Source of the DNA: Eledone cirrhosa | Lineage: Eukaryota | DNA length: 64,000 nt | Reading direction: 5' to 3' | NCBI GenBank assembly: GCA_964016885.1 | Contig: CAXHJY010000696.1 | Coordinates: 577-64,576, forward strand | In this document: in pieces, positions 26,641 through 38,055 of the stretch | Position numbering within the stretch: position 1 is the stretch's first letter | Layout: each line of letters begins with the position of its first letter | Notes under the pieces: generated by a model | The model's input: the letters and a program-made list of their open reading frames with translations, nothing else | Told to the model about the DNA's origin: nothing | Database searches by the model: none | Program-made: the position numbers and the translations under genes

Positions 26641-29600
26641 ATGTCTGTAATGATGTATTGTAGGAGGGAAGGAAGGAGTGGAAGGAAGTATGACTGTAAT
26701 GATGTATTGAAGGAATGAAGGAGTGGAAGGAAGTATGACTGTAATGATGCATTGAAGGAGGGAAGGAGTGGACGGAAGTATGACTGTAATGATGTATTGA
26801 AGGAAGGCAGGAAGGAAGGAGTGGAAGGAAGTATGACTGTAATGATGTATTGAAGGAAGGAAGGAGTGGAAGGAAGTATGTCTGTAATGATGTATTGTAG
26901 GAGGGAAGGAAGGAGTGGAAGGAAGTATGACTGTAATGATGTATTGAAGGAAGGAAGGAGTGGAAGGAAGTATGACTGTAATGATGTATTGAAGGAAGGA
27001 AGGAGTGGAAGGAAGTATGTCTGTAATGATGTATTGTAGGAGGGAAGGAAGGAGTGGAAGGAAGTATGACTGTAATGATGTATTGAAGGAAGGAAGGAGT
27101 GGAAGGAAGTATGTCTGTAATGATGTATTGAAGGAACGAAGGAAGGAGTGGAATGAAGTATGACTGTAATGATGTATTGAAGGAAGGAAGGAGTGGAAGG
27201 AAGTATGACTGTAATGATGTATTGAAGGAACGAAGGAAGGAGTGGAATGAAGTATGACTGTAATGATGTATTGAAGGAAGGAAGGAGTGGAAGGAAGTAT
27301 GACTGTAATGATGTATTGAAGGAGGGAAGGAAGGCGTGGAAGGAAGTATGACTGTAATGATGTATTGAAGGAAGGAAGGAGTGGAAGGAAGTATGACTGT
27401 AATGATGTATTGAAGGAGGGAAGGAAGGCGTGGAAGGAAGTATGACTGTAATGATGTATTGAAGGAAGGAAGGAGTGGAAGGAAGTATGTCTGTAATGAT
27501 GTATTGAAGGAAGGAAGGAGTGGAAGGAAGTATGACTGTAATGATGTATTGAAGGAGGGAAGGAAGGAGTGGAAGGAAGTATGACTGTAATGATGTATTG
27601 AAGGAAGGAAGGAGTGGAAGGAAGTATGACTGTAATGATGTATTGAAGGAAGGAAGGAGTGGAAGGAAGTATGTCTGTAATGATGTATTGAAGGAAGGAA
27701 GGAGTGGAAGGAAGTATGACTGTAATGATGTATTGAAGGAGAGAAGGAAGGAGTGGAAGGAAGTATGACTGTAATGATGTATTGAAGGAGAGAAGGAAGG
27801 AGTGGAAGGAAGTATGACTGTAATGATGTATTGAAGGAAGGAAGGAGTGGAAGGAAGTATGTCTGTAATGATGTATTGTAGGAGGGAAGGAAGGAGTGGA
27901 AGGAAGTATGACTGTAATGATGTATTGAAGGAAGGAAGGAGTGGAAGGAAGTATGACTGTAATGATGTATTGAAGGAAGGAAGGAGTGGAAGGAAGTATG
28001 TCTGTAATGATGTATTGAAGGAAGGAAGGAGTGGAAGGAAGTATGACTGTAATGATGTATTGAAGGAGAGAAGGAAGGAGTGGAAGGAAGTATGACTGTA
28101 ATGATGTATTGAAGGAGAGAAGGAAGGAGTGGAAGGAAGTATGACTGTAATGATGTATTGAAGGAAGGAAGGAGTGGAAGGAAGTATGTCTGTAATGATG
28201 TATTGAAGGAAGGAAGGAGTGGAAGGAAGTATGTCTGTAATGATGTATTGAAGGAAGGAAGGAGTGGAAGTAAGTATGACTGTAATGATGTATTGAAGGA
28301 AGGAAGGAGTGGAAGTAAGTATGTCTGTAATGATGTATTGAAGGAAGGAAGGAGTGGAAGGAAGTATGTCTGTAATGATGTATTGAAGGAAGGAAGGAGT
28401 GGAAGGAAGTATGTCTGTAATGATATACTGAAGGAGGGAAGAAAGGAGTGGAAGGAAGAATGACTGTAATGATGTATTGAAGGAAGGAAGGAGTGGAAGG
28501 AAGTATGACTGTAATGATGTATTGAAGGAAGGAAGGAGTGGAAGGAAGTATTCTTTAATGATGTATTGAATGAGGGAAGGAAGGAGTGGAAGGAAGTATG
28601 ACTGTAATGATGTATTGAAGGAAGGAAGGAAGGAAGGAGTGGAAGGAAGTATGACTGTAATGATGTACTGAAAGAGGGAAGAAGTGGAAGTAAGTATGTA
28701 TGTAATGATGAAATGAAGGAGGGAAGGAAGGAGTGGAAGGAAGTATGACCGTAATGATGTATTGAAGGAAGGAGTGGAAGGAAGTATGAATGTAATGATG
28801 TATTGAATGGGGAAGGAAGGAGTGGAAGGAAGTACGACTGTAATGATGTATTGAAGGAAGGAGTGGAAGGAAGTATGTCTGTAAGGATGTATTGAAGGAA
28901 GGAAGGAGTAGAAGGAAGTATGACTGCAATGATGTATTGAAGGAAGGAAGGAGAGGAAGGAAGTATGACTGTAATGATGTATTGAAGGAAGGAAGGAGTG
29001 AAAGGAAGTAAGACTGTAATGATGTATTGAAGGAAGGAAGAAAGGAGTGGAAGGAAGTATGTCTGTAATGATGTATTGAAGGAAGGAAGGAGTGGAAGGA
29101 AGTATGACTGTAATGATGTATTGAAAGAAGGAAGGAGTGGAAGGAAGTATGTCTGCAATGACGTATTGAAGGAAGGAAGGAGCGAAGGAAGTATGACTGT
29201 AATGATGTATTGAAGGAAGGAAGGAGTGGAAGGAAGTATGTCTGTAATGATGTATTGAAGGAAGGAAGGAAGGAGTGGAAGGAAGTATGACTGTAATGAT
29301 GTATTGAAAGAAGGAAGGAGTGGAAGGAAGTATGTCTGTAATGATGTATTGAAGGAAGGAAGGAAGGAGTGGAAGGAAGTATGACTGTAATGATGTATTG
29401 AAAGAAGGAAGGAGTGGAAGGAAGTTTGACTGTAATGATGTATTGAAGGAAGGAAGGAGTGGAAGGAAGTATGACTGTAATGATGTATTGAAGGAAGGAG
29501 TGGAAGGAAGTATGTCTGTAATGATTTATTGAAGGAAGGAAGGAGTGGAAGGAAGTATGACTGTAATGATGTATTGAAAGAAGGAAGGAGTGGAAGGAAG

Positions 29601-29816
29601 TTTGACTGTAATGATGTATTGAAGGAAGGAAGGAGTGGAAGGAAGTATGACTGTAATGATGTATTGTAGGAAGGAGAGGAAGGAAGTATGACTGTAATGA
29701 TGTATTGAAGGAAGGAAGGAGTGGAAGGAAGTATGACTGTAATGATGTATTGAAGGAAGGAGTGGAAGGAAGTATGACTTTAAGGATTATTGAAGGAAGG
29801 AAGGAGTGGAAGGAAA

Positions 29817-31211
29817 TATGTCTGTAATGATATATTGAAGGAGGGAAGGAGTGGAAGGAAGTATGACTGTAATGATGTATTGAAGGAAGGAAGAAGTGGA
29901 AGGAAGTATGACTGTAATGATGTATTGAAGGAAGGAAGGAGTGGAAGGAAGTATGACTGTAATGATGTATTGAAGGAAGGAAGGAGTGGAAGGAAGTATG
30001 ACTGTAATGATGTATTGAAGGAAGGAAGAAGTGGAAGAAAGTATGACTGTAATGATGTATTGAAGGAAGGAATGAGTGGAAGGAAGTATGACTGTAATGA
30101 TGTATTGAAGGAAGGAAGAAGTGGAAGAAAGTATGACTGTAATGATGTATTGAAGGAAGGAAGGAGTGGAAGGAAGTATGACTGTAATGATGTATTGAAG
30201 AAAGGAAGGAGTGGAAGGAAGTATGACTGTAATGATGTATTGAAGGAAGGAAGGAGTGGAAGGAAGTATGACTGTAATGATGTATTGAAGGAAGGAAGGA
30301 GTGGAAGGAAGTATGTCTGTAATGATGTATTGAAGAAAGGAAGGAGTGGAAGGAAGTATGACTGTAATGATGTATTGAAGGAAGGAAGGAGTGGAAGGAA
30401 GTATGTCTGTAATGATGTATTGAAGAAAGGAAGGAGTGGAAGGAAGTATGACTGTAATGATGTATTGAAGGAAGGAAGGAGTGGAAGGAAGTATGACTGT
30501 AATGATGTATTGAAGGAAGGAAGGAGTGGAAGGAAGTATGACTGTAATGATGTATTGAAGGAAGGAAGAAGTGGAAGGAAGTATGACTGTAATGATGTAT
30601 TGAAGGAAGGAAGGAGTGGAAGGAAGTATGACTGTAATGATGTATTGAAGGAAGGAAGAAGTGGAAGAAAGTATGACTGTAATGATGTATTGAAGGAAGG
30701 AAGGAGTGGAAGGAAGTATGACTGTAATGATGTATTGAAGGAAGGAAGAAGTGGAAGAAAGTATGACTGTAATGATGTATTGAAGGAAGGAAGGAGTGGA
30801 AGGAAGTATGACTGTAATGATGTATTGAAGGAAGGAAGAAGTGGAAGGAAGTATGACTGTAATGATGTATTGAAGGAAGGAAGGAGTGGAAGGAAGTATG
30901 ACTGTAATGATGTATTGAAGGAAGGAAGAAGTGGAAGGAAGTATGACTGTAATGATGTATTGAAGGAAGGAAGGAGTGGAAGGAAGTATGACTGTAATGA
31001 TGTATTGAAGGAAGGAAGGAGTGGAAGGAAGTATGACTGTAATGATGTATTGAAGGAAGGAAGAAGTGGAAGGAAGTATGACTGTAATGATGTATTGAAG
31101 GAAGGAAGAAGTGGAAGGAAGTATGACTGTAATGATGTATTGAAGGAAGGAAGGAGGGGAAGAAAGTATGACTGTAATGATGTATTGAAGGAAGGAAGGA
31201 GTTGTAGAAAG
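29817..31211. repeat. Run of 31 consecutive exact-length 45-bp monomers
   Basis: Phase is kept without indel (1,395 bp = 31 x 45), which produces the 491-aa plus-strand repeat ORF. The GAAGAAGTGG variant alternates at 90 bp over about 30570-30930. Confidence 0.9.
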
Positions 31212-31399
31212 TATGACTGTAATGATGTATTGAAGGAGGGAAGGAAGGAGTGGAAGGAAGTATGACTGTAATGATGTATTGAAGGAAGCAAGGAGTTGAA
31301 GGAAGTATGACTGTGATGATGTATTGAAGGAAGGAAGGAGTTGAAGGAAGTATGACTGTAATGATGTATTGAAGGAAGGAAGGAAGGAGTGGAAGGAAG

Positions 31400-33064
31400 T
31401 ATGACTGTAATGATGTATTGAAGGAAGGAAGGAGTGGAAGGAAGTATGACTGTAATGATGTATTAAAGGAAGGAAGGAGTGGAAGGAAGTATGACTGTAA
31501 TGATGTATTGAAGGAAGGAAGGAGTGGAAGGAAGTATGACTGTGATGATGTATTGAAGGAAGGAAGGAGTGGAAGGAAGTATGACTGTGATGATGTATTG
31601 AAGGAAGGAAGGAGTGGAAGGAAGTATGACTGTGATGATGTATTGAAGGAAGGAAGGAGTGGAAGGAAGTATGACTGTGATGATGTATTGAAGGAAGGAA
31701 GGAGTGGAAGGAAGTATGACTGTAATGACGTATTGAAGTAAGGAAGGAGTGGAAGGAAGTATGACTGTGATGATGTATTGAAGGAACGAAGGAGTGGAAG
31801 GAAGTATGACTGTAATGATGTATTGATGGAATGAAGGAGTGGAAGGAAGTATGACTGTGATGATGTATTGAAGGAAGGAAGGAGTGGAAGGAAGTATGAC
31901 TGTAATGACGTATTGAAGTAAGGAAGGAGTGGAAGGAAGTATGACTGTGATGATGTATTGAAGGAACGAAGGAGTGGAAGGAAGTATGACTGTAATGATG
32001 TATTGATGGAATGAAGGAGTGGAAGGAAGTATGACTGTGATGATGTATTGAAGGAAGGAAGGAGTGGAAGGAAGTATGTCTGTAATGATGTATTGAAGGA
32101 AGGAAGGAGTGGAAGGAAGTATGACTGTGATGATGTATTGAAGGAAGGAAGGAGTGGAAGGAAGTATGACTGTAATGATGTATTGATGGAATGAAGGAGT
32201 GGAAGGAAGTATGACTGTGATGATGTATTGAAGGAAGGAAGGAGTGGAAGGAAGTATGACTGTGATGATGTATTGAAGGAAGGAAGGAGTGGAAGGAAGT
32301 ATGACTGTGATGATGTATTGAAGGAAGGAAGGAGTGGAAGGAAGTATGACTGTGATGATGTATTAAAGGAAGGAAGGAGTGGAAGGAAGTATGACTGTGA
32401 TGATGTATTGAAGGAAGGAAGGAGTGGAAGGAAGTATGACTGTGATGATGTATTGAAGGAAGGAAGGAGTGGAAGGAAGTATGACTGTAATGATGTATTG
32501 ATGGAATGAAGGAGTGGAAGGAAGTATGACTGTGATGATGTATTGAAGGAAGGAAGGAGTGGAAGGAAGTATGACTGTGATGATGTATTGAAGGAAGGAA
32601 GGAGTGGAAGGAAGTATGACTGTGATGATGTATTGAAGGAAGGAAGGAGTGGAAGGAAGTATGACTGTAATGACGTATTGAAGTAAGGAAGGAGTGGAAG
32701 GAAGTATGACTGTGATGATGTATTGAAGGAACGAAGGAGTGGAAGGAAGTATGACTGTGATGATGTATTGAAGGAAGGAAGGAGTGGAAGGAAGTATGAC
32801 TGTAATGACGTATTGAAGTAAGGAAGGAGTGGAAGGAAGTATGACTGTGATGATGTATTGAAGGAACGAAGGAGTGGAAGGAAGTATGACTGTGATGATG
32901 TATTGAAGGAAGGAAGGAGTGGAAGGAAGTATGACTGTGATGATGTATTGAAGGAAGGAAGGAGTGGAAGGAAGTATGACTGTAATGATGTATTGAAGGA
33001 AGGAAGGAGTGGAAGGAAGTATGACTGTAATGACGTATTGAAGGAAGGAAGGAGAGGAAGAAAG
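31400..33064. repeat. Run of 37 consecutive 45-bp monomers enriched for the CTGTGATG variant
   Basis: Phase is kept (1,665 bp = 37 x 45). Local markers GACGTATTGAAGTAAGG, GGAACGAAGGAGT and TGATGGAATGAAGG recur at multiples of 45 bp. Confidence 0.9.
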
Positions 33065-33069
33065 TATGA

Positions 33070-34150
33070 CTGTAATGATGTATTGAAGGAAGGAAGGAAG
33101 GAGTGGAAGGAAGTATGACTGTAATGATGTATTAAAGGAAGGAGGGAGTGGGAGGAAGTATGACTGTAATGATGTATTGAAGGAAGGAAGGAGTGGAAGG
33201 AAGTATGACTGTAATGATGTATTGAAGGAAGGAAGGAGTGGAAGAAAGTATGACTGTAATGATGTATTGAAGGAAGGAAGGAAGGAGTGGAAGGAAGTAT
33301 GACTGTAATGATGTATTAAAGGAAGGAGGGAGTGGGAGGAAGTATGACTGTAATGATGTATTGAAGGAAGGAAGGAGTGGAAGGAAGTATGACTGTAATG
33401 ATGTATTGAAGGAAGGAAGGAGTGGAAGAAAGTATGACTGTAATGATGTATTGAAGGGAGGAAGGAAGGAGTGGAAGGAAGTATGACTGTAATGATGTAT
33501 TAAAGGAAGGAGGGAGTGGGAGGAAGTATGACTGTAATGATGTATTGAAGGAAGGAAGGAGTGGAAGGAAGTATGACTGTAATGACGTATTGAAGGAAGG
33601 AAGGAGAGGAAGAAAGTATGACTGTAATGATGTATTGAAGGAAGGAAGGAAGGAGTGGAAGGAAGTATGACTGTAATGATGTATTAAAGGAAGGAAGGAG
33701 TGGAAGGAAGTATGACTGTAATGATGTATTGAAGGAAGGAAGGAGTGGAAGGAAGTATGACTGTAATGATGTATTGAAGGAAGGAAGGAGAGGAAGGAAG
33801 TATGACTGTAATGACGTATTGAAGGAAGGAAGGAGAGGAAGAAAGTATGACTGTAATGATGTATTGAAGGAAGGAAGGAAGGAGTGGAAGGAAGTATGAC
33901 TGTAATGATGTATTAAAGGAAGGAAGGAGTGGGAGGAAGTATGACTGTAATGATGTATTGAAGGAAGGAAGGAGTGGAAGGAAGTATGACTGTAATGATG
34001 TATTGAAGGAAGGAAGGAGTGGAAGAAAGTATGACTGTAATGATGTATTGAAGGAAGGAAGGAAGGAGTGGAAGGAAGTATGACTGTAATGATGTATTAA
34101 AGGAAGGAAGGAGTGGGAGGAAGTATGACTGTAATGATGTATTGAAGGAA
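33070..34150. repeat. 184-bp 4-monomer higher-order repeat (49+45+45+45), about 6 copies
   Basis: ATTAAAGG at 33131, 33315, 33499, 33683, 33912, 34096 (spacings 184, 184, 184, 229, 184). Confidence 0.9.
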
Positions 34151-37119
34151 GGAAGGAGTGGAAGGAAGTATGACTGTAATGATGTATTGAAGGAAGGAAG
34201 GAAGGAGTGGAAGGAAGTATGACTGTAATGATGTATTGAAGGAAGGAAGGAAGGAGTGGAAGGAAGTATGACTGTAATGATGTATTGAAGGAAGGAAGGA
34301 GAGGAAGAAAGTATGACTGTAATGATGTATTGAAGGAAGGAAGGAAGGAGTGGAAGGAAGTATGACTGTAATGATGTATTGAAGGAAGGAAGGAGTGGAA
34401 GAAAGTATGACTGTAATGATGTATTGAAGGAAGGAAGGAAGGAGTGGAAGGAAGTATGACTGTAATGATGTATTGAAGGAAGGAAGGAAGGAGTGGAAGG
34501 AAGTATGACTGTAATGATGTATTGAAGGAAGGAAGGAGTGGAAGAAAGTATGACTGTAATGATGTATTGAAGGAAGGAAGGAAGGAGTGGAAGGAAGTAT
34601 GACTGTAATGATGTATTGAAGGAAGGAAGGAGAGGAAGAAAGTATGACTGTAATGATGTATTGAAGGAAGGAAGGAAGGAGTGGAAGGAAGTATGACTGT
34701 AATGATGTATTGAAGGAAGGAAGGAAGGAGTGGAAGGAAGTATGACTGTAATGATGTATTGAAGGAAGGAAGGAAGGAGTGGAAGGAAGTATGACTGTAA
34801 TGATGTATTGAAGGAAGGAAGGAGAGGAAGAAAGTATGACTGTAATGATGTATTGAAGGAAGGAAGGAAGGAGTGGAAGGAAGTATGACTGTAATGATGT
34901 ATTGAAGGAAGGAAGGAAGGAGTGGAAGGAAGTATGACTGTAATGATGTATTGAAGGAAGGAAGGAAGGAGTGGAAGGAAGTATGACTGTAATGATGTAT
35001 TGAAGGAAGGAAGGAGAGGAAGAAAGTATGACTGTAATGATGTATTGAAGGAAGGAAGGAAGGAGTGGAAGGAAGTATGACTGTAATGATGTATTGAAGG
35101 AAGGAAGGAGTGGAAGAAAGTATGACTGTAATGATGTATTGAAGGAAGGAAGGAAGGAGTGGAAGGAAGTATGACTGTAATGATGTATTGAAGGAAGGAA
35201 GGAGAGGAAGAAAGTATGTCTGTAATGATGTATTGAAGGAAGGAAGGAGTGGAAGGAAGTATGACTGTAATGATGTATTGAAGGAAGGAAGGAAGGAGTG
35301 GAAGGAAGTATGACTGTAATGATGTATTGAAGGAAGGAAGGAAGGAAGGAGTGGAAGGAAGTATGACTGTAATGATGTATTGAAGGAAGGAAGGAAGGAG
35401 TGGAAGGAAGTATGACTGTAATGATGTATTGAAGGAAGGAAGGAAGGAAGGAGTGGAAGGAAGTATGACTGTAATGATGTATTGAAGGAAGGAAGGAGTG
35501 GAAGGAAGTATGACTGTAATGATGTATTGAAGGAAGGAAGGAGTGGAAGGAAGTATGACTGTAATGATGTATTGAAGGAAGGAAGGAAGGAGTGGAAGGA
35601 AGTATGTCTGTAATGATGTATTGAAGGAAGGAAAGGAGTGGAAGGAAATATGACTGTAATGATATATTGAAGGAAGGAGGGAGTGGGAGGAAGTATGACT
35701 GTAATGATGTATTGAAGGAAGGAGGGAGTGGGAGGAAGTATGACTGTAATGATGTATTGAAGGAGGGAAGTAAGGAGTGGAAGGAAGTATGACAGTAAGG
35801 ATGTATTGAAGGAAGGAGTGGAAGGAAGTATGACTGTAATGATGTATTGAAGGAAGGAAGGAAGGAGTGGAAGGAAGTATGACTGTAATGATGTATTGAA
35901 GGAAGGAAAGGAGTGGAAGGAAATATGACTGTAATGATGTATTGAAGGAAGGAGGGAGTGGGAGGAAGTATGACTGTAATGATGTATTGAAGGAAGGAGG
36001 GAGTGGGAGGAAGTATGACTGTAATGATGTATTGAAGGAAGGAGTGGAAGGAAGTATGACTGTAATGATGTATTGAACGAATGAAGGAGTGGATGCTAGT
36101 ATAACTGTAATGATGTATTGAAGGAACGAAGGAAGGAGTGGAAGGAAGTATGACTGTAATGATGTATTGAAGGAAGGAAGGAGTGGAAGGGAGTATGACT
36201 GTAATGATGTATTGAAGGAAGGAGTGGAAGGAAGTATGACAGTAAGGATGTATTGAAGGAAGGAGTGGAAGGAAGTATGACAGTAAGGATGTATTGAAGG
36301 AAGGAGTGGAAGGAAGTATGACAGTAAGGATGTATTGAAGGAAGGAGTGGAAGGAAGTATGACTGTAATGATGTATTGAACGAATGAAGGAGTGGATGCT
36401 AGTATAACTGTAATGATGTATTGAAGGAACGAAGGAAGGAGTGGAAGGAAGTATGACTGTAATGATGTATTGAAGGAAGGAAGGAGTGGAAGGGAGTATG
36501 ACTGTAATGATGTATTGAAGGAAGCAAGGAGTGGAAGGAAGTATGACTGTAATGACGTATTGAAGGAAGGAGTGGAAGGAAGTATGTCTGTAATGATTTA
36601 TTGAAGGAAGGAGTTGAAGGAAGTATGACTGTAATGATGTATTGAAGGAAGGAAGGAGTGGAAGGAAGTATGACTGTAATGATGTATTGAAGGAGGGAAG
36701 GAAGGCGTCGAAGGAAGTATGACTGTAATGATGTATTGAAGGAAGGAAGGAGTGGAAGGAAGTATGACTGTAATGATGTATTGAAGGAAGGAAGGAGTGG
36801 AAGGAAGTATGACTGTAATGATGTATTGAAGGAAGGAAGGAGTGGAAGGAAGTATGACTGTAATGACGTATTGAAGGAAGGAAGGAGTGGAAGGAAGTAT
36901 GACTGTAATGATGTATTGAAGGAGGGAAGGAAGGCGTCGAAGGAAGTATGACTGTAATGATGTATTGAAGGAAGGAAGGAGTGGAAGGAAGTATGACTGT
37001 AATGATGTATTGAAGGAAGGAAGGAGTGGAAGGAAGTATGACTGTAATGATGTATTGAAGGAAGGAGTGGAAGGAAGTATGTCTGTAATGATTTATTGAA
37101 GGAAGGAGTTGAAGGAAGT

Positions 37120-38055
37120 ATGACTGTAATGATGTATTGAAGGAGGGAAGGAAGGCGTCGAAGGAAGTATGACTGTAATGATGTATTGAAGGAATGAAGG
37201 AGTGGAAGGAAGTATGACTGTAATGATGTATTGAAGGAGGGAAGGAAGGCGTCGAAGGAAGTATGACTGTAATGATGTATTGAAGGAAGGAAGGAGTGGA
37301 AGGAAGTATGACTGTAATGATGTATTGAAGGAGGGAAGGAAGGCGTCGAAGGAAGTATGACTGTAATGATGTATTGAAGGAAGGAAGGAGTGGAAGGAAG
37401 TATGACTGTAATGATGTATTGAAGGAGGGAAGGAAGGCGTCGAAGGAAGTATGACTGTAATGATGTATTGAAGGAATGAAGGAGTGGAAGGAAGTATGAC
37501 TGTAATGATGTATTGAAGGAGGGAAGGAAGGCGTCGAAGGAAGTATGACTGTAATGATGTATTGAAGGAAGGAAGGAGTGGAAGGAAGTATGACTGTAAT
37601 GATGTATTGAAGGAGGGAAGGAAGGCGTCGAAGGAAGTATGACTGTAATGATGTATTGAAGGAATGAAGGAGTGGAAGGAAGTATGACTGTAATGATGTA
37701 TTGAAGGAGGGAAGGAAGGCGTCGAAGGAAGTATGACTGTAATGATGTATTGAAGGAAGGAAGGAGTGGAAGGAAGTATGACTGTAATGATGTATTGAAG
37801 GAGGGAAGGAAGGCGTCGAAGGAAGTATGACTGTAATGATGTATTGAAGGAAGGAAGGAGTGGAAGGAAGTATGACTGTAATGATGTATTGAAGGAGGGA
37901 AGGAAGGCGTCGAAGGAAGTATGACTGTAATGATGTATTGAAGGAAGGAAGGAGTGGAAGGAAGTATGACTGTAATGATGTATTGAAGGAGGGATGGAAG
38001 GCGTCGAAGGAAGTATGACTGTAATGATGTATTGAAGGAAGGAAGGAGTGGAAGG
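37120..38055. repeat. 94-bp dimeric higher-order repeat (49+45) marked by GCGTCG, 10 copies
   Basis: GCGTCG at 37155, 37249, 37343, 37437, 37531, 37625, 37719, 37813, 37907, 38001. Confidence 0.92.

Noticed and set aside
29790-31265. Plus-strand (KEGRSGRKYDCNDVL)n ORF of 491 aa and similar short ORFs
   Set aside because: They begin at in-repeat TTG/GTG codons and simply mark indel-free runs of 45-mers. Frame-breaking 41/49-mers are abundant throughout the array.
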